Below, in pieces: positions 47,138 to 57,900 of a stretch of 64,000 bases of DNA (position 1 is the stretch's first letter; the number at the start of each line of letters is the position of its first letter). The stretch covers positions 2,481 through 66,480 of IMG/VR virus record IMGVR_UViG_3300049027_000111, one strand, 5' to 3'. The translations under genes and the position numbers were made by a program. The notes under the pieces are model-generated. The model made no database searches and was not told the DNA's origin. It was given only the letters and a program-made list of their open reading frames with translations. This DNA comes from a virus.

Positions 47138-47859
47138 CCCTGGGCCTCGGGCGCACGCCCCTCGACGTGCAGCCGCTCGACGACGACGCGGCCTGGACGC
47201 GCCTGGTGGACGCGCTGCGGGATCGCGAGAGCGGCGGCGGCAAGCCGCTGGTGTCGAGGAAGGGCGCCTTGGGCTCGCTGCAGCTGATGCCCGGCACCGC
47301 CGACGACATGCTGAAGGCGCTCGGCCGGCGCGACGTCCTTGCCCTGCCGGCGCCGGAGCGACGCCACCGCGTGCGCTTCGATCGCACGCTCAACGAAGCG
47401 CTCGGGCAGGAATACCTCCGGCGCCAGCTGCGGGACTTCGGTGATCCGGTGCTGGCGCTTGCGGCCTACAACGGCGGGCCCGCCAACGTGAAGCGCTGGC
47501 TGAAGAAGAACGGCGATCCGCGCAAGGGCGAGGTCGATCTCGCGACCTGGATCGAGCGGATCCCCTTCGGCGAGACGCGCGCCTACGTCAAGACCGTGAC
47601 CGCCAAGGCCGGCATGGCGCCGAAGCCGCCTCAGGCATTCCAGCCGGAAGGGCCGGCGGTGGAGCCGGTGGTGGCCTCGGCACCGGCGCCATGGCGGGCC
47701 GAGATGCCGTGGGGGGTCGCGGCGCTGGCACCGTCGCCGATCGCGGGACCAACGCCGTGGCGGGTCGAGCCGCTGCCGGTCACGGCACCCTTGCCGGTCA
47801 CCAAGCCGCTGTTCCTGGCCGAGGACGATCCATTGGCGCGGCTGCTCGGCCGCAGGTGA
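47134..47859 (+). CDS. Lytic transglycosylase (SLT domain)
   Basis: 'RESGG...SRKGALGSLQLMPGTA', 'ALAAYNGGP', 'IPFGETRAYV'. Confidence 0.9.
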   Translation: MTLGLGRTPLDVQPLDDDAAWTRLVDALRDRESGGGKPLVSRKGALGSLQLMPGTADDMLKALGRRDVLALPAPERRHRVRFDRTLNEALGQEYLRRQLRDFGDPVLALAAYNGGPANVKRWLKKNGDPRKGEVDLATWIERIPFGETRAYVKTVTAKAGMAPKPPQAFQPEGPAVEPVVASAPAPWRAEMPWGVAALAPSPIAGPTPWRVEPLPVTAPLPVTKPLFLAEDDPLARLLGRR

Positions 47860-47870
47860 GAGGAAACGAC

Positions 47871-48608
47871 ATGCCGCAGCCGATGCGCCGGACCATCCCG
47901 CGCCAGCTCGAGCTCCTGTCCAAGCGTGGCGACTGGCGCAGCGTCGCGCTGGTCGGCGTCGCGGACGGCGATGCCGCGACCTGGCTGACCCAGGTGGCGC
48001 CGCGCGCGCGGCTGACGATCGTCGCCACGTGGCCGGAGGAGGGCGTCCTGCGCGCGGCCAAGCTCGCGGGCCAGCAGCGCCAGCTGCGGCGCCTGGCGCG
48101 GGCCTATGGCGACCGGCTGACCTTCCTCGAGGCCGACCCGAAGGAAGCGCTCAAGGCGGTTGGCGACGACAAGTTCGACGCGGTGGCGCTCCTCGGCGGC
48201 CTCGAGGGCAAGGAGCTCGGCACCGTCGGCAAGCGCTGGGCGGAGCACGTCAACCAGGGCGGCATGCTGCTCGGCATCGATCATCGCGACAAGGCGACGG
48301 CGAGCGCGCTCAAGAAGCTGGCGCCGGAGCACCAGAAGCTGAAGGACGGCCTGTGGGCCGCCCGCATCCGCCGGCCGTCACCAGAAGGCGAGGAGCAGGG
48401 CGAGCCCGACCCGGTGCTGTCGGAGCCGCCGGCAATCGAGGGGCCCGAGCTCGAGGATCCGCCGATCGAGGAGACGGAGCCCGACCTTGAGGAGGATCCG
48501 CCGAGCGACGGCGAGCGCGATCTGGCCCTGGAGGCCGCCGAGCCCGAGCCCGAGCCCGCGCCGCCGGTGGTGAAGCGCACGCGCGGTCGGCCGCGGAAGG
48601 CCCCCTGA
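47871..48608 (+). CDS. Hypothetical protein, degenerate methyltransferase-like fold with acidic tail and AT-hook-like end
   Basis: 'DDKFDAV...WAEHVNQGGMLLG.D', C-terminal 'KRTRGRPRK'. Confidence 0.45.
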   Translation: MPQPMRRTIPRQLELLSKRGDWRSVALVGVADGDAATWLTQVAPRARLTIVATWPEEGVLRAAKLAGQQRQLRRLARAYGDRLTFLEADPKEALKAVGDDKFDAVALLGGLEGKELGTVGKRWAEHVNQGGMLLGIDHRDKATASALKKLAPEHQKLKDGLWAARIRRPSPEGEEQGEPDPVLSEPPAIEGPELEDPPIEETEPDLEEDPPSDGERDLALEAAEPEPEPAPPVVKRTRGRPRKAP

Positions 48609-50119
48609 TGGCCAGGATCGGCCTCGGCCCGAGCGGCCCCCCGGCGCCGGATCCGCGTGCTGAGGACTGGTGGCAGTCGGTCTACCCGACGCTGCGCTCC
48701 GCCTGGGACTGGACGCGCGGCAATCCTCTCGACGCCGCCAGCATGTCGATGGTCCCGGGCGTCTCCGATGTCGCCGACGTGGCGATAGCCGGCCGTGACA
48801 TCGGCCGGTTCGCCCATCAGCCGAGCCGCGAGACGGCGCTCGATGCCGCGCTGTCGACCGCCGGGGCGGCGCTGCCGGTGCTCGGTGCCGCCACGGTCAA
48901 GCGCGCCGGCACGGTCGCAAGCAAGCTTGGGACCAGGGCGGCGATCGAGGGCCCGATCCCGATCTCGGCCGCGTCGTTCGCGAAGGAACCGGTGAAGCAG
49001 GAGATCGAGCGGCGCGTCTCCACGATGGAGGCGCCGTTCGACATCTCCGATCTGGGCCGGAGCAGCGGGCCGCAGGCCGAGCTGCCGCGCTACGATCCGC
49101 GCGCCGGCAAGGGCCGCGGCTTCCCGGCCCGGGTGCAGCGGCTCATGGGGAACAAGGACGTCTACGAGCAGATGAAGGGGTTCGTCGAGCGCGGCCTCGA
49201 TATGAGCGGCCGCGAATGGTACGACACCCGGCCGCTCAAGGAGGCGTTCATCGAGCACTGGGGCCCGGAGGACGGGCCCGGAATGTTCACGCGCTACATG
49301 GACTACGTGGCCGCCTCGAGCCCGCGCTCGGACGTGGCCAGCAACATCAGGAACGCCAGCTACTATTACAGCCGCGACGTGCAGGGCAACCCGCTCACGG
49401 ACGCGGAGGAGAAGCTGCCCTACCCCTACGGCCATCTGGCGCAGGGCCTGCACAAGCAGAACGCCGTTCGGGTCGGCGACCCGAATCAGGTGAGCTTCGA
49501 TCCCAGGAACAACCCCAAGCCCTTGTCCTTCTCGGCCAACCTCCAGGGCAACCATTTGCCGGCCACGATCGATGCGCATGCGATCAAGCTGCCGGCGATG
49601 CTCGCGCGCGATCCCGAGTTCCTGATCCGGAACATCCGCGAGGAGGCGTTTGATCCGGTCACCGGGAAGAACAAGATCGATCCGGCGACAGGGAAGAAGG
49701 TCTACATCAACCGCAGCCCCTACAAGGAATTCAAGGCGGGCACGCTGTCGATGGACGATGCGGTCAAGGACCCGACCTTGTGGGAAGGCCAGCCGAACGA
49801 GAACGAGTACCTGGCGATGGAGCTCTATTACAAGCGCATCGCGGAGGAGCTCGGCATCACGCCCGCCCAGGCCCAGGCCGCGGCATGGGTCGGCGGTGGC
49901 CATCTCACCGGTCTGGAGAGCGCGGCCGAGCCGTTCATGGCGACCGTCAACAAGCGGCTCCAGCGCACCGCGGCGGTGCATGAGCTGCCGGTCGAGGAGA
50001 CCACGCGCCGTTTCGTCAAGGGCGAGCTGCCGCTGTTGAGCGCGGCGCCGGTCGGCATCGGCCTCGGGCTGGGCGCCCGGACCTTGAGCCAGCTCGGCGC
50101 CGACGAGGAGCCCTACTAG
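48608..50119 (+). CDS. Polyvalent-type protein with putative HhH-glycosylase-like domain
   Basis: 'EWY...AASSPRSDV..N', 'PKPLSFSANL', 'TIDAHA', 'PAQAQAAAWV'. N-terminus shared with the 45395 gene. Confidence 0.55.
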   Translation: MARIGLGPSGPPAPDPRAEDWWQSVYPTLRSAWDWTRGNPLDAASMSMVPGVSDVADVAIAGRDIGRFAHQPSRETALDAALSTAGAALPVLGAATVKRAGTVASKLGTRAAIEGPIPISAASFAKEPVKQEIERRVSTMEAPFDISDLGRSSGPQAELPRYDPRAGKGRGFPARVQRLMGNKDVYEQMKGFVERGLDMSGREWYDTRPLKEAFIEHWGPEDGPGMFTRYMDYVAASSPRSDVASNIRNASYYYSRDVQGNPLTDAEEKLPYPYGHLAQGLHKQNAVRVGDPNQVSFDPRNNPKPLSFSANLQGNHLPATIDAHAIKLPAMLARDPEFLIRNIREEAFDPVTGKNKIDPATGKKVYINRSPYKEFKAGTLSMDDAVKDPTLWEGQPNENEYLAMELYYKRIAEELGITPAQAQAAAWVGGGHLTGLESAAEPFMATVNKRLQRTAAVHELPVEETTRRFVKGELPLLSAAPVGIGLGLGARTLSQLGADEEPY

Positions 50120-50328
50120 GCCCCGGGGCTCGGCGGGCCCTGCTCCTCGAGCACCAGCTCCATGTTCACCAGCAGCCAGGACAGCGCCATCGCCGCCATC
50201 GGCGGGATCGGCCGCTGGCCGCTCTCCCAGCGCGCCACCGTGGAGCGCGACACGCCCAGCTCCTGCGCCAGATGCTCCTGCGGCCACGACAGGCGGTAGC
50301 GCAGGTCGATGAGCTCCTGAGCGGTCAT
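50116..50328 (-). CDS. XRE-family HTH protein
   Basis: 'LRYRLSWPQEHLAQELGVSRSTVARWESG'. Confidence 0.85.
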   Translation of the reverse strand: MTAQELIDLRYRLSWPQEHLAQELGVSRSTVARWESGQRPIPPMAAMALSWLLVNMELVLEEQGPPSPGA

Positions 50329-50330
50329 GG

Positions 50331-50849
50331 TCAGCCCTCCTCGATCAGGTAGCGCTCGATCTCGGGCAGCGATGCGCCACAGTTACCGCCATCGGGGGGC
50401 CAGACGAGATAGTTGCCGCGGAGGTCGATTAGCCAATAGCCGTTGTAGTCGGCTGCCCGCGGGTCGCGGGTCCGGCTCTTGCGCAGGACCAGCTCCTGCC
50501 GTTGGGCCATCCGGCGCAGCCGGGTCTCGTAGCTCTTGTACTGCGTGCCGGTCATATTGTTGACGCGGTCGGCATCCGCCTGGTCGCGCTCGCGTTCGCG
50601 CTGCTCTTCGGCACTCTCTGCCGCCTCGATCAGACGGACGCCGATCCGCTCGACCGCCTGACGGATCTCCCAACCCGGGGCGCGCTCGCCGCCACCCTTG
50701 CGGACGTAGTCGAACTTGACCCCGTCGAAGTCGTAGTTGTCGAGGGCATCCTGGAACGCGTCGACCGTCGGTTCCTCGCCGAGCTCCTCGCGGAGCTCCC
50801 GCAGCGCCGTGCGCGCCATGCGCTCGATGATCCGCTCGTTGAGCCTCAT
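50331..50849 (-). CDS. Hypothetical protein
   Basis: GGAGG RBS, co-oriented with the XRE gene. Confidence 0.6.
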   Translation of the reverse strand: MRLNERIIERMARTALRELREELGEEPTVDAFQDALDNYDFDGVKFDYVRKGGGERAPGWEIRQAVERIGVRLIEAAESAEEQRERERDQADADRVNNMTGTQYKSYETRLRRMAQRQELVLRKSRTRDPRAADYNGYWLIDLRGNYLVWPPDGGNCGASLPEIERYLIEEG

Positions 50850-50947
50850 CGCAACCTCCCGCGTTTGATGGCGCCGGAAGTGTTACCACAAGTGTCGCTG
50901 GAAGTCACGCTGGAAGCGTAACCCCGGCCGCGCACCCAAGGACATCC

Positions 50948-51214
50948 ATGGACGACAACGAGAGGCTGCAGCTGGCGCGTCAGGCCGACGCGCTGTTGCA
51001 GAACCATGCCTGGCAGGCCGCCGTCGCGCGCCGCCGCCAGGCGCTCAAGGACATGTGGGAGGCGACGCCGCCGGCCGAGCTGGCCGAGCGCGAGCGCCTG
51101 TTCACCGAGCTTCGCGCCCTCGCGGGCGTCGAGGGGTCGCTGCGCTCGATCCTCATGGACGGGCAGGCGATCGAGCGTCGAACGACCCTTAGGAGAGTAC
51201 GCACCCATGGCTGA
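50948..51214 (+). CDS. Small conserved head-module protein
   Basis: 'ARQADALLQN...ERERLF', directly before the scaffold. Confidence 0.7.
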   Translation: MDDNERLQLARQADALLQNHAWQAAVARRRQALKDMWEATPPAELAERERLFTELRALAGVEGSLRSILMDGQAIERRTTLRRVRTHG

Positions 51215-52412
51215 GCCCTCCCCGGCCCCGGCTTCGGACCCGCCGCGCGGCATCAGCATGCATCAAGCGGCTGCCCTCTTGGATTCGCGGCAAGCGTCCG
51301 GGGCCTATGACCCGACACGCGCCTCTGCCGCCCCAGCTGCAGGCACGCCATCCGACCAGGCGCCAGAGCCCTCGGACGACGAGACCGTCGCTCCGACTCC
51401 AGGCGCGCCGAGCGAGACGCCCCGCCGTCCCGACGCCCCTGCACCCGACGACGAGGTCGATCCGGGCGAGGAGGAGGCCGAGGACGGCGAGCCTGAAGAG
51501 GAGGCCGAGCCGGAAGAGGAGACCGACGAGGCCTACCTTGAGGATGAGGACGGGACGAAAATCCCGGTCGCCGAAGCGCTGAGCACCTACAAGCGCTTCA
51601 AGGATCTTCAGGCACGCGTCACGCGCAAGGAGCAGGCCCTCGCTGAAGAGCGACGGCAGATCACCGGGCAAGTACGTGAGGTCGAGACCGCCCTGGCCCA
51701 GAAAGCCAGGGCGGCTCTGGAGAGCGAGCAGACCTACCAGACGAAGATCGCGGAGCTCGACACCTACCTGGCCGAGATCTCCCAGGGCCTGACGGGCGCC
51801 GACGAGCAGTGGAAGGGGGTCGACTGGACCAAGCTCAAGACCGAGCAGCCGGGCGAGTACCTCCTGCTGCGCGACGAGTGGCAGCGGCACCAGGACACCA
51901 AGCGCGAGGTCGAGACCCGGCGCCAGACCATCGCGCGCGAGCAGGCCGAGCACGAGCAGCGCACGCAGCAGCAGCAGCACGCCAAGCTGCAGCAGCACCT
52001 GCGCACCCGCTACGCGGACATGCTGGCCGATCCGCAAAAGACCCAGCGGGTGAGCGACGCGATGCTCGGGCTGGCGCACGAGCTCGGCTACAGCGACCAG
52101 GAAATCTCGCAGACGCTCGACACTCGGGCGTGGGATCTCTGGCACATGGCCGCTCAGTACAAGGTCATGATGCAGGAGCGTGACCGCGCCTTGCAGGGCC
52201 AGCCCAAGCGCCAGCTGGTCGAGGGCGGCGAGCTCGCCCCGCAGCGGGTCAAGATCGTCAAGCCGTCGGCCCCCAAGCCTCGGGCGCTCACGACCGAGAA
52301 GGCGCAGCTCGGCGGCGCCTACAGCGCGTTCCAGAAGGACCCGAGCCGCGAGAACGCGCTCAAGGCCCTGGAGGCCCGCCAGCGCTACAACGGCGCCGCC
52401 CGCACGCGCTAG
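51207..52412 (+). CDS. Capsid scaffolding protein
   Basis: Acidic N-terminus, 'TRKEQALAEER', 'DWTKLKTEQP.EY', 'LGYSDQEI'. Lies before the capsid gene. Confidence 0.8.
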   Translation: MAEPSPAPASDPPRGISMHQAAALLDSRQASGAYDPTRASAAPAAGTPSDQAPEPSDDETVAPTPGAPSETPRRPDAPAPDDEVDPGEEEAEDGEPEEEAEPEEETDEAYLEDEDGTKIPVAEALSTYKRFKDLQARVTRKEQALAEERRQITGQVREVETALAQKARAALESEQTYQTKIAELDTYLAEISQGLTGADEQWKGVDWTKLKTEQPGEYLLLRDEWQRHQDTKREVETRRQTIAREQAEHEQRTQQQQHAKLQQHLRTRYADMLADPQKTQRVSDAMLGLAHELGYSDQEISQTLDTRAWDLWHMAAQYKVMMQERDRALQGQPKRQLVEGGELAPQRVKIVKPSAPKPRALTTEKAQLGGAYSAFQKDPSRENALKALEARQRYNGAARTR

Positions 52413-52530
52413 ATTTGGTCACTTAGCAGCTTTCCTCTCCTCCTCCTCCTCGACCTCGCGGGATGCCCACCCGCCGGGCCGGCGCAACGCCGTCCTAAGT
52501 CATCACCAGAAATACCCAAGGTAAACCACC

Positions 52531-53559
52531 GTGGCGACAGTTACCGGCACCCTTGTGACCAATGGGACGCAAACGCTCGTTGGCATGCGCGAAGATCTCG
52601 CGGAGTTTATTAGCAGAACAGATCCAGCTGAGACGCCATTCTATAGTTTCTGCGATGAGGGCACGGCCAAGAATTCACTTGCGCACGACTGGCAGACCGT
52701 CGATCTGCGCAACGCCCGCCGCGTCCCGAGGCCTGAGGGCGACACCGTCACCCTCGACACGCCGAAGAAGACAGTCAAGCTCAGCAACGCTTGCGAGATC
52801 ATCCGTGGCGAGTATGGTATCTCGGGCACGGCGCAAGCGGTCGATACCGCTGGCGACACAGGCTCGATGAATTTTCAGCGGCTTCATTTTGGCATGGAGC
52901 TGCGCAAGGACGTCGAGTTCATGCTGCTCGGCCCGCAGAACAAGAAGGCGACCGACACGCGCGAGTCGGCCGGCATCCAGGCCTTTGCCGGGGTCTTCTC
53001 CTACGGCTCCGGCGCCACGACCCCTGGCACGGGCGCCAGCGCCGGCACGGTCGATGTCACGCAGGGCACCGCCCGTGACCTGACCATGGACATTCTCAAC
53101 ACAGGCCTAAGATCAGCCTGGACCGGCGGCGCCCGCACGTCAGTCATGTTCATGTCAAGCGCTCAAAAGATGGGCATCGACGAGGTTTTGCCGACCGATC
53201 AGCTGGCCACCGGCCAGTCTGATCTGTTGAAGGATGGCGTTCTTGTGGCCACGACAGTCGCGGTGTGGCGGTCAGCTTTTGGCGACGTTAAGTTTGTAAT
53301 GGATCGTATCCTTGACGAAGGTGCAACCGACAGTGCTGGCGACCCGATTACTTGGGGAACCGGCGTGATAATTGGCGTCGATGAGCGCGGCACCTATCGC
53401 CCGAAGGTCTGCACCTTGCCGGGCCGCAAGTTCAAGACCGAGCCGCTGGGCAAAAGGGGCGACATCGATGAAGAGCTGGTCGTGTGGGAAGGCACGCTCG
53501 AGGTGCCGAACCCGGCGGCCATCGCCGTCATAGGCGGGTTGAACGACCCGACGGCGTGA
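52531..53559 (+). CDS. Major capsid protein (DUF5309/SU10-like)
   Basis: 'REDL..FI...DPAETPF', 'HDWQT', 'ISGTAQAV', 'ELRKDVE', 'LGKRGD...EGTLEV.NP'. Confidence 0.9.
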   Translation: MATVTGTLVTNGTQTLVGMREDLAEFISRTDPAETPFYSFCDEGTAKNSLAHDWQTVDLRNARRVPRPEGDTVTLDTPKKTVKLSNACEIIRGEYGISGTAQAVDTAGDTGSMNFQRLHFGMELRKDVEFMLLGPQNKKATDTRESAGIQAFAGVFSYGSGATTPGTGASAGTVDVTQGTARDLTMDILNTGLRSAWTGGARTSVMFMSSAQKMGIDEVLPTDQLATGQSDLLKDGVLVATTVAVWRSAFGDVKFVMDRILDEGATDSAGDPITWGTGVIIGVDERGTYRPKVCTLPGRKFKTEPLGKRGDIDEELVVWEGTLEVPNPAAIAVIGGLNDPTA

Positions 53560-53664
53560 TCGGCCCGGCTGCCTGGCATCATGCTGGCGGCCACGCCTTC
53601 CGGGCCGATGAGCCGCCCCGGGATCCCGACCCCGGGGCGGCGCTCCCCTGCGGAGAACAGTGGA

Positions 53665-54021
53665 ATGCACCGACGCAACCGCACGGCCGCGGTCGAGATC
53701 AGCGGCGACCGCATGGTGCGCCACCGGCCCGGCGGCAAGCAGATCTACCGCGTCTCGGGCGACGAGCTGCGCTGGGCCGTGGTCGAGTACGTGCCGCAGG
53801 ATCTCACCGACCGGCTGGCCCGCTCGCGCAGCCTGGAGCTCAAGATGCCGCTCGGCGATCCCGAGAACGTCTGGATCAAGGTCGCCGAGTACCCGCTGAC
53901 GTGGCTGAACGCCCAGGTGCCGATGAGCGCCTGGGACGACCGCAAGGCTATGGCGCGGCGGGTGGTCAACAACCGGGACTATCGCCGGCTTCGGGCGGAC
54001 AGCGATACCAGGATGTGGTGA
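53665..54021 (+). CDS. Hypothetical virion-module protein
   Basis: 'KVAEYP...NNRDYRRLR' pattern, directly after the capsid gene. Confidence 0.6.
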   Translation: MHRRNRTAAVEISGDRMVRHRPGGKQIYRVSGDELRWAVVEYVPQDLTDRLARSRSLELKMPLGDPENVWIKVAEYPLTWLNAQVPMSAWDDRKAMARRVVNNRDYRRLRADSDTRMW

Positions 54022-54024
54022 GCC

Positions 54025-54633
54025 ATGGCGATCGGCACGTACAGCGAGCTCCAGGCGGCCTGCTCCTCCTTTGCCGGGGGGTCGTCCGACACGGCTTTTG
54101 CCGACGCCATCCGCACCTCGATCGCGCTCTGCGAGAGCGACATCGAGCGTCAGCTGCGAGCCCCCGAGCTCATCGTGCGGCGCACCGGCGTCGTGGGCTC
54201 GGCCTGGGAGGTCTTGCCCGACGACTTCATGAAGCTGATCAGCCTGTCCCTGATCTGCGACGATGCCGAGACGGTGCTCGCCCAGATCCCCGAGGACGCG
54301 GCGACCGCCTACGCGCTGCGCTATCCCTCGGGCACCCCGCGCTGGTTCGCGATCGTCGGCACCGAGCTGCGGCTGATCCCGGCGCCGGACGAGGACTGCA
54401 CCGACTCCTTGCGGATGGTCTACTACAAGAAGGTGCCGCGCCTGTCCGACGATGCGCCGACCAACGATTTGCTGACCGCCTTCCCGGACCTGTACCTCTG
54501 GGGCAGCTTGAGCGTGCTCGGCGAGTACGTCGAGGACAGCGCCCGCCTCCCGCGGTTCGAGCAGCGGTTCCAGAACGCGATCAAAGCCGTCAACAAGATG
54601 AGCGTCCTGCGTGACGGGACCTTGGCGGGCTGA
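54025..54633 (+). CDS. Head-tail adaptor protein
   Basis: 'TYSELQAA', 'LPDDF', 'GTPRWF', 'TNDLLTAFPDLYLWGSL'. Confidence 0.85.
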   Translation: MAIGTYSELQAACSSFAGGSSDTAFADAIRTSIALCESDIERQLRAPELIVRRTGVVGSAWEVLPDDFMKLISLSLICDDAETVLAQIPEDAATAYALRYPSGTPRWFAIVGTELRLIPAPDEDCTDSLRMVYYKKVPRLSDDAPTNDLLTAFPDLYLWGSLSVLGEYVEDSARLPRFEQRFQNAIKAVNKMSVLRDGTLAG

Positions 54634-54947
54634 TGGCCTGGTGCCTCGTCGAGCAGCCCGCCGCGACGGCCTGGAGCCTCGAGGCGGAGCCGGACGCCGC
54701 CGTCTGGGCCGAAGAGCGGGGCGACACCTTCTGGCCGACGGATGACGAGCTCTGGACGCCTTGGACCGACGGCAGCTGGTTCTTGGACCATGACGGCGCG
54801 TTCGTCGGCTGGACCGACTGGCCGCCGCCGTGGGGCCAGACGCCGCCGGCCGAGCCCTGCTCCTGCCTCGCCGACGGCGCCTACCTGACCGACGATGCGG
54901 GCAACCCGCTCACGGACGAGTCCGGCCTCATCCTGCTCTACGACTGA
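54633..54947 (+). CDS. Acidic Trp-rich hypothetical protein
   Basis: TGATG-coupled, 'LTDDAGNPLTDESG'. Confidence 0.55.
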   Translation: MAWCLVEQPAATAWSLEAEPDAAVWAEERGDTFWPTDDELWTPWTDGSWFLDHDGAFVGWTDWPPPWGQTPPAEPCSCLADGAYLTDDAGNPLTDESGLILLYD

Positions 54948-54958
54948 CCGGGACCAGC

Positions 54959-57900
54959 ATGGCCACATCGAAGCGCACCACCGACCTGCCGCTGGCGACG
55001 GCGCTGGTCGATATCCTCGGCCATGACGCCGACGGCCACACCAGCCGCGCGGACCTGACCGGGCTCGCGGCGGCCCTGGCCGGCACCTTGAGCAACGTCG
55101 AGCTCACCGCCAATGGCATCGCCGTGCGCTACGAGCTCGGGTTCGAGGTCGAGACGCCGCGCGCGGCGATCGTGGCGGTCGACGGCGTCGTTCAGCCGAT
55201 CAGCACCTACACGGTGGCCGGCGGCTTCATCACCTTCAGCGAAGCGCCGCCCACGGGCGCCAAGCTCGACATCCGGGTGATCGGCGAGGCCGTGCCGGTC
55301 CTGCTCGGCGATACCTTCACCGCCTCCGGCACGGGCGCCGTGTCGCGGCTGATCCTGAACAAGCTTGCCGACGTCGTCAGCGTCAAGGACTTCGGCGCCT
55401 ACGGCAACGGGGAGTACGACGACACCGTCGCCATCAACGCCGCGCTCGCGACGGGCAAGCCGGTGTTCTTCCCGGCTGGGGTGTACCGGTGCTCGAACGG
55501 CGTCGATCTGCCGGCCGGTGCCCGGCTGATCGGCTCAGGCGCGCCGAAGCTCGGCGTGTTCCCGCAGAGCACGGATGACAAGCGGTTCTTGCGGCCCGGC
55601 TACAAGGACCAGCTGCCGGGCACCACCCTGCTGTTCACCGGCACCGGCACCAAGACCACGACGACGCCCAGGGTCGACCGCTTCGCGTCCTTCACCTATT
55701 GCGTCCGGACCACGACCTCCGCCGCCGTGTCCCTCGAGGGCCTCGCCATCGTTATGGACATGGATGTCCTGGATGCCGACGGCGACCTGACCGAGACCAC
55801 GACCGACAATCGGGCGGCTTACGATGTCGGCTACCTGTGCGGCGCGGATCGGAGCTACCATCGGGATCTGGTGATCTTCGGCTACTTCGCGAAGGCGGGG
55901 CTCGTCGTCCACGGCAGCAACCCCGACTACATCACCTTCGATGGCGGCTCGAGCTCGGGCGACATCGGCTGCGCCATCGTCGGCGACGGCACCAACGGCC
56001 TGTCGGGCACCCAGTTCTACGCCTGGGACTTCTTCGCCAACGACCACCACAGCCGCAGCATCATCACGAATCAATGGGGCACGACGGCGCTCTACATCGA
56101 TGGCGCGGTCGCGGCCTCGCCACCGAACGCCGGCATCGGCGGGCACTTCTTCGTTGGCGGCTGCGTCCGGACCTACACCGACAACCCGTTGAGCTTCGAC
56201 CACTGCAACTGCGCGGTCCTCACCGGCGTGGTGCTCGAGTGGCCGAACCTGCCGGGCTCGACCGGCGCCACCGTGGCGACCCCGCTCGCCACCTCGAGCA
56301 CCTACGGTGTCAGCTTCGAGAACTGCCGCCATCTGGCGGCGATCGGGAGCGGCGGCATCTATGCCATGGCCAACGCGATGGGCGGGCCGTTCCTGCATGC
56401 CGATCCGCGCTACGGCGAGCTGGGTGTCGTCGGTGCCGGCGGCGGCGTCATGCTGCGCGGCGGCACCAGCGGGCAGCTGCCCCGCGTCCAGCTGACCACC
56501 GATGCCAACTCGAGCACCACCGGCTGGCAGCTGGTCTACGACACCGGCAACAGCGACATCCTGGACTTCCGCAACGCCGGCACAAGTCGTTTCAGCCTCG
56601 CCACGGCCGGCGGGCTGCAGAAGGCCGGTTTCGCGCATGGTGGAACCAAGACCATCGCGAGCGGGTCGATCGCCGCCGGCAGCTACAATTATTACAGCGT
56701 CGACACGGAAGCCTCGGCGTCGACCGACGACCTGGACACGATCTCCGGCGGCGTCTACGACGGCCAGCTTCTGCTGCTCCGGGCCGCCAACTCAAGCCGT
56801 GATGTCGTCTGCAAGGACGGCACGGGCAACCTGAGGTTGGTCGGCGATCTCACCCTGACGCACGCCCAGAACCGGCTGCTGCTGGCCTTCGACGGGACCA
56901 ACTGGGTCGAGGTCTCGCGGTCGGAGAGCACCAGCGCCTCGGCCGGCGGGCCGGTCTCGGTCAAGGATTTCGGCGCGGCCGGCAACGGCACGACGGACGA
57001 CACGACCGCGTTCATCAACGCCCTGGCCAGCGGCGCCAAGACGGTCTTCGCCCCGGCCGGGGTCTACAAGCTCACCCAGACCTTGTCCCTGCCCCAGGGC
57101 GTGACCCTTGAGGGCGAGGGTGTCGACGAGTGGGAGCCCATCTACCCGACCAGGGCCAAGAAGTGGGGCGGCACGGTCCTGCTGTTCGCCGGCACCGGGA
57201 CGCGGGCCACCACCTTCGCCGGGGTCACCAGCATGCGCCACGGCGGCGGCTGGCGGGTCGACGGGGCGGACACGCGCAAGCTCACCTCCTTCTATAATGC
57301 CGATGCCTCGGGCACGACCGCGGCGACGCAGCGGACCTTCAGCGTCGCCGTCCGCAACGCCACCGGCGCCTACTATTGCGGGCTGCGGAACTTGCGGATC
57401 GCCAACTGGTCCGGTGCCGACGGCATGTCGGGGCACAGCGACACCGGCTCCGGCTCGCTCGGCGACAGCTGGGACATTGGCCTGCTGCTGGACAACACGG
57501 AATATTTTCTGGCCGAGAACATCCAGGTCGTGGGCACCTGGAGGGAATACGGCCTGCTCGACATCGCCACGGCGATCACCGAGAGCCGGTCGGAGCGCAA
57601 CCACATCCGCCGCGCCAAGCTCCAGGGCCGGGTGGGGCTCGGCATCCGTAGCACGGATCGCTGGGCGGTCACCGCGACGACGGGCACGACCGTCGATGTT
57701 CGTTGGTCGGAGGAGCACTACTGGGCCGCCACCGGGTCGTTCCGCGGCCAGGACGGCGTCACCTACGCCTACACCGGGCGGAGCTTCGCCGGCTCGACCT
57801 TGACGCTCACGGGCGTGACGCCGGACCCGAGCGCGCTCACCCAGGTGCGCCATGCCGGCACTGGGTTCGGCAACACGGAGTTCCACGACGCCTATCTCTA

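Noticed and set aside
38929-50287. Very long antisense ORFs (e.g. 38929..41580, 43461..45245, 48281..50287)
   Set aside because: These are shadow frames of high-GC genes that have clear motifs on the opposite strand.
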